Position numbers and translations under genes: made by a program. The notes below the pieces were generated by a model. The model did not search any database, was not told the DNA's origin, and saw only the letters and a list, made by a program, of their open reading frames with translations. From NCBI GenBank assembly GCA_025558095.1, contig JAIVFI010000036.1, forward strand, positions 372,001-436,000: a DNA stretch of 64,000 bases, written 5' to 3'. Shown one piece after another: positions 1 through 9,455 of this stretch (the stretch's first letter is position 1; each line of letters begins with the position of its first letter). The stretch is from Hyaloraphidium curvatum SAG 235-1 (lineage: Eukaryota; Fungi; Monoblepharomycota).

Positions 1-39
1 CAGGAGGTTCTGAGCGTCATACCGTGTGCAATTACCAAA

Positions 40-1980
40 TCAAACGATCACTTTCAAGACATCAATCACCCATGCCAGCCACGTCTGCGTTAGCTTCGGA
101 TCGCAAAGCGCTAGTTTGCCCTCGCACTTCTCCATGAGTGCCTTCTGCGATGCGTAGAACGAATCGAGAGGAACCTTGGCCGCCAGGAGCACAGCGAGTC
201 CGATGTACGCAATGTCCAGTATCGGCGGCAGCTGTGCTCTCGGGAGCTTGCCTTCGGGAAGCAAAGGCGAGGTGACTTTGTAGAACGTGTTGAGCGTTCG
301 CATCCTGGAATCCCACTCGGGGAGTTTGGTTGCGACGTGGGGCAGGTATCTGGACGGATCCAAGGTCGCACCGAAACTGTCCGGAGAGGCAAGGCTCACT
401 GCGAAACCGGGCCGGTGGTCTCCGTAAGCGCCGAGCACGTACGGTCTGCCCAACCCCGCAAGCTGCCTTCTGAACTCCTCTAGCGCGCGCGCACTCTGAA
501 GGACCCGCGAAAGGTAGCTCTGCAGGTGCACCACGTCGCGCTCCGAGTGGATCCAGGGGAACCAGTTCTTCCTCCACATGGCCGGGAGCTGGTGCCGCGA
601 GGATTCGTACGGCACATGATTCCGGATGGTCATGATGAACACGAAAAGCGGCTGGCTCGAGTTGCGGAAAGGAGCAGAGGCGTTGAGGGCCGCCTGGAAG
701 AAGAAACTGTCGTACGGATGGTATCCCTCAGACACGCCTAAGGACGACGAGTCGATGAACTCGTCGAATCCGTAGCTCCGGTAGGCTGAGTCACTGTTCA
801 GCAGTCTGCCATCGGAAGGGTAGATAGCAATGGTGTGGTAGCCGTGGCTCTTGAGGAACCCAGCAAGCGAATGGTGGAGCCGCGGAGCAATGCTAAAGGG
901 CGCGTAGTTGCCGGCTGGGCCGAAGAACCCCGGCAACACGCCGGAATGTGTCGCAAATTCCATCATCCACGTCCCGCCGACTTCGACAGTGGATCTCAAC
1001 CCTCCGATGGCCACGGTCTCTCGATCTGGCATGAACAATGAATTGGGTCGGCAGAGCTCGGTGATGTTGCAGGCCTTCAACGTCCAGGGATCGAAGGTCG
1101 ATTCCTCCATCACGAGGAAGATGTCCGGGAGGTTGGCGGCGCCGACTTTATGGTCCTTGGTCGGCCCATGCTCAACCCGGGTCCAGCCCCATGCCTCCTT
1201 TGCCTCTTCGCCTGAGCTTCTGGACGGAAAAATGATGCGCACGAACTGACACAGGTGGATGAAGTGCGACAGCGCTGTTGTATTCGCGGCCAAGTCGAAC
1301 CAAACTCCGAACTCTGCAGAGTCCCGGCTCGCTTCCCAGATTGTGAGTTTTGCCACGGAGAGGGTGATGAGGGATGCTCCAAGAAGAAATGACAAGACAA
1401 AGCGGAGTCCGATGAGACGCGTTTCGCTTCTCGCCTTGCCCTGTCCCGGAAGCAGGACTTCGACTTCGTTCCATCCACTGCCGTCCATAGCAGATTCCCA
1501 GCCTGTTGCAAGATCCGTTCGGTGTGCAGGTCCCAGCCTCGTAGTTCGTAAGCAATGCCCCGGTGACTCCGCCCAGCGAAGCCAGCAGACAGCAGCCCCG
1601 AATACAGCCAGAACTCCCAATGTGCCGAAGACCACGAAGGGGAAGCTGCGCACGACCAAGAGCGCCTCCGGACCCAGGTACCAGACGTCGTACGGTCGCA
1701 AGGGCTGGTTCATGAGCGAAAGCTTCACGGCAGAAGCGAGCTGGACCGCGCCCGGCAGCGCTCCGCCCACGAAAAGACCAAGCGCTGGCCGCCGACAAAT
1801 CCCCGCGGTGAAGAGGGCGAGGCCGACGGCAAATACCGCCACCCAGAAAGCGTCGCGCACTGTCCGCTCGGCCGACAGCAGCGAGGCCAGGACGCAGAGG
1901 AAGGAAGCTGTCGCGACGGCGAAGGGCAGGCCAGCGGCCCCGAAGCAGCGTATGGAGCGCAGGAGCCATCGCCGTTTCAT
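40..1980 (-). CDS. LtaS/sulfatase-like (alkaline phosphatase superfamily) membrane protein of bacterial type, intronless
   Basis: Several N-terminal TM helices, then motifs IFLVMEESTFDP, GGTWMMEF (catalytic Thr position), TIRNHVPY and AYGDHRP. ATG at 1980 (MKRRWLL) taken as the likely start. Confidence 0.75.
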   Translation of the reverse strand: MKRRWLLRSIRCFGAAGLPFAVATASFLCVLASLLSAERTVRDAFWVAVFAVGLALFTAGICRRPALGLFVGGALPGAVQLASAVKLSLMNQPLRPYDVWYLGPEALLVVRSFPFVVFGTLGVLAVFGAAVCWLRWAESPGHCLRTTRLGPAHRTDLATGWESAMDGSGWNEVEVLLPGQGKARSETRLIGLRFVLSFLLGASLITLSVAKLTIWEASRDSAEFGVWFDLAANTTALSHFIHLCQFVRIIFPSRSSGEEAKEAWGWTRVEHGPTKDHKVGAANLPDIFLVMEESTFDPWTLKACNITELCRPNSLFMPDRETVAIGGLRSTVEVGGTWMMEFATHSGVLPGFFGPAGNYAPFSIAPRLHHSLAGFLKSHGYHTIAIYPSDGRLLNSDSAYRSYGFDEFIDSSSLGVSEGYHPYDSFFFQAALNASAPFRNSSQPLFVFIMTIRNHVPYESSRHQLPAMWRKNWFPWIHSERDVVHLQSYLSRVLQSARALEEFRRQLAGLGRPYVLGAYGDHRPGFAVSLASPDSFGATLDPSRYLPHVATKLPEWDSRMRTLNTFYKVTSPLLPEGKLPRAQLPPILDIAYIGLAVLLAAKVPLDSFYASQKALMEKCEGKLALCDPKLTQTWLAWVIDVLKVIV

Positions 1981-2127
1981 GCTTCGGGCGGTGGGAAACA
2001 ACGAGGGATTGCGACGCGGATCCCAGCGCGACCCGATCACAATCGATCGTCTCGTGGGACGTTGTTGGGGACGCGTTGTTTTCTTCGCGCGCGGACGTCG
2101 GCAACCTGCTCCGAGCAGCATCGGATA

Positions 2128-3642
2128 ATGGCGGCCGAAGAGAAGGATGCCGAGGCCGGCGACGGGATTCGCTTGCGCGTCTCGCCATTCCCGGACCATC
2201 GCGTGCCGGCGTTCCCCGTGACCCCAGCGGAATACTTGGCCGTCGTTCCCTCGTTCCCTCCTCTGAGGCCCTCGCTCGCTGGTGTGGCACCTCCTCCGGA
2301 CCGCGCAGACGAGCTGCGCGCCTCACGTCTCCTCACGCGGCGGACGCTCCTTGAAGGCCTCTCGGCGGAACCGATCCTGCGTTCCATTACGGCCTTGCAG
2401 CTGAGCACGGTACCCGTCGCCGCGAAGGCTCGGGAGCGCGGACTCCTCATGTGGATGTTTAGCATCGCATGTTTTGGGGCCACGTGGGCGTTCCGTGAAC
2501 AGTACTTTGGCAACGACGCCCGCAACTTTGGAGTCGGCTTCGGAACCCTGATGGTTCTGGTCTTCCAGCTTGCCATCGTAAATCCTTCCTTCCATGCTTT
2601 TCAGAAGCCTCTGCTGGGTGGGGGATCGGCTTCGTTGCCTCCAAAGACTGTTTCGGCACCCACGCTGGACTCCTCGCCCCTTGCCGGCCTCGTCCGTTGG
2701 GGTCAGCTTGTCTCGGAAAATGCCGAGGGAAACCTGCTCCTGCACGATCCTCTGGACAAGCTGTGCCCTTGCACGGCCCCCGGTTGCGCCGGCGGCCTCA
2801 TCCGCGGCACTGCGGTGCTCCGGTTCCTTGAGCTAGTGTTTAAAACCTTTTGGCTCGTTTTGTTCTCTTTGAGCTTGTATTGGACGCCGCTAGTTACCAT
2901 GGCGCAGAGCATTTGGTTTACGCCTTGGAGCGCAGTTTTGGGCAGCCTGGCTGTCGTGACCTTGTCACTCTGGATCTTTCCCAACATTATCGCGCGCTTC
3001 AGCGGTAACATTCCGATCTTCCGCCTATCGGAGCGGGTATCACACAGGGCCATGAAGCTCGCCCTGGCCGACCTCTTGCTCCGGCTCGGACAAGGGGTCA
3101 CGAAGGAGCGGACCCCGGTGTCGAACGAACCCTACGCGGAACTCCACGCCGTGTTCACTGCCGTCTGGGAAACAAGAATCTCCAGCTTCCACGTATCAAC
3201 ACCCGTCATATGGGCCTCGTTGGTTGCCTTAGTCATGGCCATCGTCAACATGGGGGCTTGTGCTTGTGTACCTGGACTGTATTTGACGTACTTCGCATAC
3301 TCCTTCTTTGGCCAGATGCTTTTCGACCTGCTTGCACTCGCTGCTTCCAATGCCCAAGTCACTTCCATACGCAACCTGTACCTGGAAGCCCAGCGCGAGA
3401 TAATGGAGCTTCCTATCCCAACGGAGCAGGGTTCTGCGGCGGATCTCCGGAGACACGAAGCAATACTGGGGAGCTACGCCGATTTGGACAGATTCAAGGG
3501 CAGATTTATCGGCTTTGTGGTGGACTACAACGCCTGCCGGACGATCCTGGTGACGCTGGTGACGCTGATTGTGGGCGTGTGGAGCATCTTGCGGGGGCTT
3601 GGGGTGACGGCAACCATGGACTTTGCCTGCCCTGCCACGTAG
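2128..3642 (+). CDS. 7-TM membrane protein, gustatory-receptor-like/7TMIC candidate, intronless
   Basis: About 504 aa ORF from ATG 2128 with seven hydrophobic segments; C-terminus FKGRFIGFVVDYNACRTILVTLVTLIVGVWSIL. Confidence 0.55.
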   Translation: MAAEEKDAEAGDGIRLRVSPFPDHRVPAFPVTPAEYLAVVPSFPPLRPSLAGVAPPPDRADELRASRLLTRRTLLEGLSAEPILRSITALQLSTVPVAAKARERGLLMWMFSIACFGATWAFREQYFGNDARNFGVGFGTLMVLVFQLAIVNPSFHAFQKPLLGGGSASLPPKTVSAPTLDSSPLAGLVRWGQLVSENAEGNLLLHDPLDKLCPCTAPGCAGGLIRGTAVLRFLELVFKTFWLVLFSLSLYWTPLVTMAQSIWFTPWSAVLGSLAVVTLSLWIFPNIIARFSGNIPIFRLSERVSHRAMKLALADLLLRLGQGVTKERTPVSNEPYAELHAVFTAVWETRISSFHVSTPVIWASLVALVMAIVNMGACACVPGLYLTYFAYSFFGQMLFDLLALAASNAQVTSIRNLYLEAQREIMELPIPTEQGSAADLRRHEAILGSYADLDRFKGRFIGFVVDYNACRTILVTLVTLIVGVWSILRGLGVTATMDFACPAT

Positions 3643-3797
3643 TCTTCGCTTCAATACATTCAATTAGGGCGCTAAGGCGTCCATACACTTTCCACACGAT
3701 ATTCATTCCCATGACTCCGCCTCACCAATGCAGAGTCCAGCAACGTAGGCAGGAATCTGACAGCCCCATGAGGCTATACATTCCGGCACGGGAACGG

Positions 3798-4949
3798 TCA
3801 TGAACGAGCCGGAACGGGCAGCCCGAGCGCTTTTGCCACCTCGACAAATATGTTGGTGGCCTGGTGTCCATCCTGGTTTGATGCCTGAGTGAGCGTGTTG
3901 TAAAGGACGACCGTCGCCCCGCCGGCCTCGTTCCTGCCCACAGCTCCGCGCAGGCCCTGAAGCGACGGGTTCGTGAACATGTAGTCTCCCCACCGACCGA
4001 CACCCATGCCGTAGTAGAAAACGGGGCTGATCCCGAGGCCGGTGTCGTAAAGAAGCTGCCGCAGAGACTCTGGCTTGAGGACCCTGCCCCCGGCGAGCGC
4101 CTCGAACCAGGCTCGGAGGTCGTCCATCGAGGAATACATATTCCCGGCCCACGCAATCCACTGGGGATTCCAGAACGTCGCCTCTTCCCACACCCCGCGC
4201 TCGGGCGTGAAGCTGTGCAAGACGGGCTCCTGGATCGCGGGCGTCCAGGGCGAAACCGTGGAGTTGAGGCCGAGCGGCCTGATGAGCCTGGCTGTGATCA
4301 TGTCCTGCACCTTTTGCCCCGTTGCGGATTCGAGCGCGAGGCCGAGGATGACCAGGTTGGTGTCGGAAAAGTGCCAGGCCGTTCCGGGTTCGAAGAGCAG
4401 CGGCTTGGAGAGGCCAAAGGCGACGAGCTCGCGGGGATCCCAGGTGCGGAACGGGTTGGCATACAGGGCCTGCTGGAACGCGTCCATGCCCGGGAAATGC
4501 TCGATGCCGGTGGTGCTGCGGCTCAGCATCTGAAGCGTGATCTTGTCCGCCTTCGGGATGCCGAGATTCGGCAGGTACTTGCCAACGGGGTCATCGAGGG
4601 ACACCACGCCATCCTCGACGAGCAGGAGGAACAGGGAAGTCAGGAAGCCCGCCGCCACGTTTCCCAGACGGTGCTTCATGTCGGGCGACGCCGGGAGTCC
4701 GGGAATCGAGTCACCGAGCGCCCCCACGGCGACCGGCTGACCGCGCTGCCATACTCCAGCAATAAGCGCGCCGAGGTTTCCGTCCTCGAAGCCCTTGTGG
4801 AGCGCCGCGGCCACGGATTGCGCCGCCGGGTGCGTTGGCGAGACGCACAGGCCCCTCCCGTCGAAGGAGGTCCCTTCGGGGCAGCTCCATGCGGCTGCTG
4901 CACCCGCCGCCGCCGTGAGCACGAGGAGAAAAGGGGCGATGGCTCGCAT
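3798..4949 (-). CDS. Secreted beta-lactamase/serine-hydrolase fold protein with degenerate catalytic motifs, intronless
   Basis: Signal peptide MRAIAPFLLVLTAAAGAAAA; family motifs VSLDDPVGKYLP, ITLQMLSRSTTG, LLFEPGTAWHFSDTN, LIRPLGLNST. Confidence 0.8.
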   Translation of the reverse strand: MRAIAPFLLVLTAAAGAAAAWSCPEGTSFDGRGLCVSPTHPAAQSVAAALHKGFEDGNLGALIAGVWQRGQPVAVGALGDSIPGLPASPDMKHRLGNVAAGFLTSLFLLLVEDGVVSLDDPVGKYLPNLGIPKADKITLQMLSRSTTGIEHFPGMDAFQQALYANPFRTWDPRELVAFGLSKPLLFEPGTAWHFSDTNLVILGLALESATGQKVQDMITARLIRPLGLNSTVSPWTPAIQEPVLHSFTPERGVWEEATFWNPQWIAWAGNMYSSMDDLRAWFEALAGGRVLKPESLRQLLYDTGLGISPVFYYGMGVGRWGDYMFTNPSLQGLRGAVGRNEAGGATVVLYNTLTQASNQDGHQATNIFVEVAKALGLPVPARS

Positions 4950-5175
4950 TGTCCCGGAACGATGATGGGGGATAGCAGCTAAGCCCCGCCGCAACTGCGT
5001 TCCGCTACGCTGAGCTGTCCAGCGCCCGCGATTTCGGATTCGCCGCGACGATTTTCTCGTCGTGGAATCGAGCGTCTCCGCAGCTGCGGGACCCTCTGGC
5101 GCGAGATTCCAAGGGCCGGGAGAGGGGATGTATTCAAGCCGACCGCGCCGATCACCTGTAAACAAAGTCCAAACA

Positions 5176-7252
5176 ATGTCGCTTCTGCCCGCCCTCGCGG
5201 CGGGGCAGGTCGAGCTTCTCGCGTCGGCCTCTCCCTCCGTCGCCAAAGAGCTCCGCGAGGCCATCTCGCGGTTCCACGCCGCCGGTAAGCCACCCGCCTG
5301 CCGTTTTCCGGACCCCGCCGACGGACCGACCAGCACGCGAGCACGACCCCAAGATCCCCGCCGTCGAGCTGCCCGATGGCTTCGCGACGGAGCAGCTCTG
5401 GGCGGCGCTGGAGCTGGCGAACGGGAAGGTGGTCGGAAGGCTGGGGAAGCGCGCGGGGAGGGTGAGGGCCGAAGCGGAGGAGGCGAGGAGGGGGATGCTG
5501 GAGGCAATGAGGAGGGAGGCGGAAGAAGGAGGCAGCGAGGAGGATGGGGGGGAGGAGGGGGAGGAGGCGCAAGAAGGGGAAGAGGACTTGGAGGACGGGG
5601 TAGAGGGGTCCGACGACGTGGACGAGCTGAAAGAGGGTTCGGAGGACGATGGCGGGTCCGAAGCGGCCGATGATGCCTCCGAGGAAGCTGCTTCGGACGC
5701 ACCGCAACCCGCATCGCGCCCCCGCCGGGATACCTCGGCCGTCGACGACGATTTCTTCCGCCTGGAGGACATGGAGCGCTTCGCCGCCGAGTTCGAGGAC
5801 CGCGACGTGCGCCGCGCCGACGCGGACGACGATCCGGAGCCCGAGTTCGATTTGGACGCGGATCCGGACGCCGGGAGGGAGGAGCTCGAGGGTCGGTGGC
5901 GGCGTTTTCGCGCGTTTTGCAGGAACTGATTGCCGCTGTCCTTTGCAGACATCATGTACGAGGACTTTTTCGACCCGCTGCCCGGCGGCTCGGCGCCGCG
6001 GCCGTCGGAGCCCTCTCGCCCCTCCGGCAAGAAGAAGGACGCCAAAGGCGTCCGCTTCGCCGATGAGGAGGAGGAGGACGATTACTACGAGGACCGGGAG
6101 GACGAGATCCTCGAGCGGCGGCCGCGGCCCGCGGACCCCGAGCTCCCCTCGGAGCTGGACGAGGGCCTGCGCGCGGACCGCGCGGTGCGGGAGCGGTTCG
6201 GACGGGGCAGGGATCTGCTCGCCGACGACGAGGAGGGGTCCGACGGCGAGGAGGAGGAGCCGTCGACTTTCGAGAAGCAGCAGCGCCGGCTCAAGGAGCA
6301 GATACAGAAGCTCGAGGACGAGGCGATGGCAGATAAGTGCTGGGCGCTCAAGGGCGAGGTGTCTTCGCGGGACAGGCCGCAGAACAGCCTGCTGGAGGAG
6401 GCGCTGGTGGTGGATGTGGGGTCCAAGCCGGCGCCCGTCATCACCGAGGAGAAGACGCATTCGCTCGAGGACTTGATCCGGCAGCGGATCAAGGACGGCG
6501 CATTCGACGACGTCGAGCGGCGCGCGGACGAGCTGGCGCTGCTGCAGGCGCGCGGGGCGTTCGATCCCAACCGCGGCTTCGAGCTCTCGGACGAGAAGAG
6601 CAAGCAGAGCCTCGGGGAGGTCTACGAGTCCGAGTACCTGAAGCAGGTCACGGGCAACCGCCAGACGGAGAAGGACGCCAAGCTGCAGAAGCAGCACGCC
6701 GAGATCGATGGGCTCATGAAGCAGCTCTTTGCTGACCTGGACGCGCTCAGCAACTGGCACTACGTGCCGCGGGCGCCCAAGGCCGAGCTCGAGGTGCGGC
6801 CGCAGACGATGCCGGCGATCGAGATGGAGGAGGTGATCCCGCTCGCGGTGTCGGAGGCGGCGCTGGCTGCGCCTGAGGAGGTGTACGCCAAGCCGCGCAA
6901 CGAGCGGGAGCTCAAGGACGCTTCCGAAATGACGGCCGAGGAGCGCAAGCGTGCGCGGGCGGCGCGCAAGCGCGAGAAGAAGGCCGAGAGGAAGAGCGCC
7001 GAGGAGCTGCGCAAGCTCAAGGACCTCGCGTCGCCCGGCCGGGCCAAGCGGGTGTCGGCGGGCGAGGAGAAGAAGGCGGCGCTGAAGCAGCTGGCCAAGA
7101 ACCGCAACGTGACGATCGTCGCCGACGGCAAGGGTGGGCTGCCGGGCGGCAAGGTCGCCGAGCGGAAGCGCAAGGCGGCCGTGGTGGAAAAGGGCGGGTC
7201 GGCCAAGAAGCAGCGGTTCCAGGTCACGGACGTGAACCATCTCAAGCTGTAG
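5176..7252 (+). CDS. MPP10: U3 snoRNP protein Mpp10
   Basis: Acidic N-terminal half; WALKGEVSSRDRPQNSLLEE, LEDLIRQRIKDGAFDDVERR, LDALSNWHYVP. Introns at about 5285-5333 and 5892-5948. Confidence 0.93.
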
Positions 7253-7494
7253 CCCGGATGTGCACCGGAATTGCAATCCATCCGATGCCTGCGATGCTTG
7301 GGGCTGCGAGTTCCCTCTGCTTCCCAGAGGGATCGGAGCGATCGGGCTTCAGTGCTGGGGCCGGCGTGATGGTTGCCCGAGTTCTGGGCTGCGAGTCTTC
7401 CGTCCCATCGGCCCTTTGGTCACCAAGTTGGGGACACGAGGCCACGCGGCCGCGCTCACGGCACAGCGAGAGAGAGCTGCCGGCGCGCAGAGCG

Positions 7495-9235
7495 ATGCCG
7501 CGCGTGGCGGCCGCGGCGGCGGCGGTTTCGCCGGCGGGCGCGCCCCCTCCGCGGGGCCGCTCCACGAACAACTCGGCCGCGTCCCTGCCGGCCGCCGCGT
7601 TCGACCCGCCGTCGTCGGCGACGTCGGCGCACACGTCGATGTCCGCGTCGCCGCGCACCGCATCGCCGCGCCGCTCGCAGGCCTCGGCGGGCACTCCACG
7701 AGGCGGCCGCAGGGGGAGGCGCGACGTGCCCAAGCAGTGGTGAGCGCCGCCGGAGAGACCGCAGGCTGATTGCCGCGGTCCCGGCCTGCTCGGCCGCGCG
7801 GTGCCGCTCGCGGATCGCTGACCTCCTTCCCCCCGCAGGGCATGTCCCGAACCAGGCTGCGGAAAGGTGCGCCCCCTCCCCGCCCCGCTGCCCCCCGCAC
7901 GCCACAAAATTCATTCGTATCCGTCCTCCATCGCGTAACATTTTGCCGCCCCGCCCCGCCGCCGCCCGCAGGCCTTCGAGCGGCGCTTCGACCTCGAGAG
8001 GCACTCTTGGGTGCACCGCACGGACCGGCCCTTCCAGTGCGAGTGCGGCAAGACCTTCATCAGGAAAGACTACCTCCGAAAGCACATGGTGCAGGTGCAC
8101 CCGGACTGGGAGATCCCGGCCCACCTGCTCGAGGATGAGTGCGTGGGCGCGCCTCGCTCTGCCATCCTCGCATCTGACGCCGTTCTGCAGCCCCCAACCG
8201 CCGGTGGCAAAGCGCAGGAAGCTTACCGCCGACAACGAGGAGGAGATCTCCTCGAGCTCGGGCTCGACCGTGCAGATGACGCCCCCGCCCTCGTCGGACG
8301 CCGGCAACTCCTCGCCCGTCCTCGCCAAACCCAAGCCCTCCCGCGCGAAAGCCGCCAAGCCGCCGCCGAAAACGCCGCCGAGGAAGCCCGCGGCTGCACC
8401 GCCCAAAAAGTCGCCGCCCCGGCCGACACTGATCCGCAAGCCGGGGAAGCTGGCCTTCGGCTCTGGCATCCTCCCGCGCACCGTGCCAGAAGCCGAGCCG
8501 CCAAACTGGCCCTCGGACCACAGCGCCGAGAGCGACGACAACGCGACGCTGCACGTGGAAGAACCCCCGAAGCTCGCCGACGCGCCCCCCGCCCCGTACC
8601 CCGAGCCCTCCCCCGACGTCATGGAAGCATCCGCGGTGCTGGCCACCATGTCTCCCATGCGTTCCTCCAACGCGACCGCCACGGAGCGGGGCGGGTCCTC
8701 CTCCCGGCGCACGCCGACCCGCACCCCGCGCAAGGAAAAGGACAGGGACCGCGCCGCGCCTCCTTCCCCCGGCTCGTCGCGTCGCTCGGGAGGCCGGCTC
8801 CCCTTCTCGCCCCCCTTCAAGGCCAAGCCCTCCCAGGTCAAGGTCTTCATCGACGCGGACTCGATCCCCCCCTCGCCCTCCCGCGGCGGCGGCGCGCAGC
8901 ACGGCTCCCCGCCGCGGGTCATCATGTACCCCCCCTCGATGCCCGTCTCGCCGACCTACCCGTCGCAGGGCCCCGCGCACCACGAGATCATCTCGGCGCT
9001 CAACGGCGCGCGGAGGGATCCGGAGCCGCCGTCGAGCGACGCGGAGCCGGATGCGCGGGAGGGGGACGAGCCGGTGGAGGACGAGGCGGTCGCGGTCGCG
9101 GACATTCTGTGCAGCCTGGGGCCGCAGGGGTCGTCGCCGATCCGCGCTCCCCCGGGCGACGAGGACGGCAAGTCGAAGGAGGGGGAGTGGAGCAGCTTGG
9201 TCGCGTGGTCGAGCCCGATAAGCCCGGGGCGGTGA
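7495..9235 (+). CDS. C2H2 zinc-finger transcription factor with Pro/Ser-rich tail
   Basis: Spliced reading WACPEPGCGK/AFERRFDLERHSWVH-RTDRPFQCECGKTFIRKDYLRKHMVQVH gives two C2H2 fingers. Introns at 7740-7838, about 7868-7970 and about 8139-8190. Confidence 0.8.
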
Positions 9236-9455
9236 GGCGCCGCGTGGGAAGCCTCTTATCCTGCGACTGGGGAGCTTGGTGGTGGTGCGCTTTGGGAAAT
9301 GTTGTGCGCGGCTCCGCGCGGATCCGATACCCGAGAGTCAAAGATGTACACGATGGCACGCTCTGCACGATTCAGTCAAGATACGGCGTTGGCGCCGCAG
9401 TTTTCGCATCGCCGCATCCCTCGATTCCAGTCGTTCCGAACGAACCATATACAAA

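Noticed and set aside
4979-7276. Long antisense or alternative-frame ORFs (765 aa here; also 57489-59933 and 62010-63836)
   Set aside because: These are shadow ORFs expected from high GC at third codon positions opposite real genes; they show no domain signatures.
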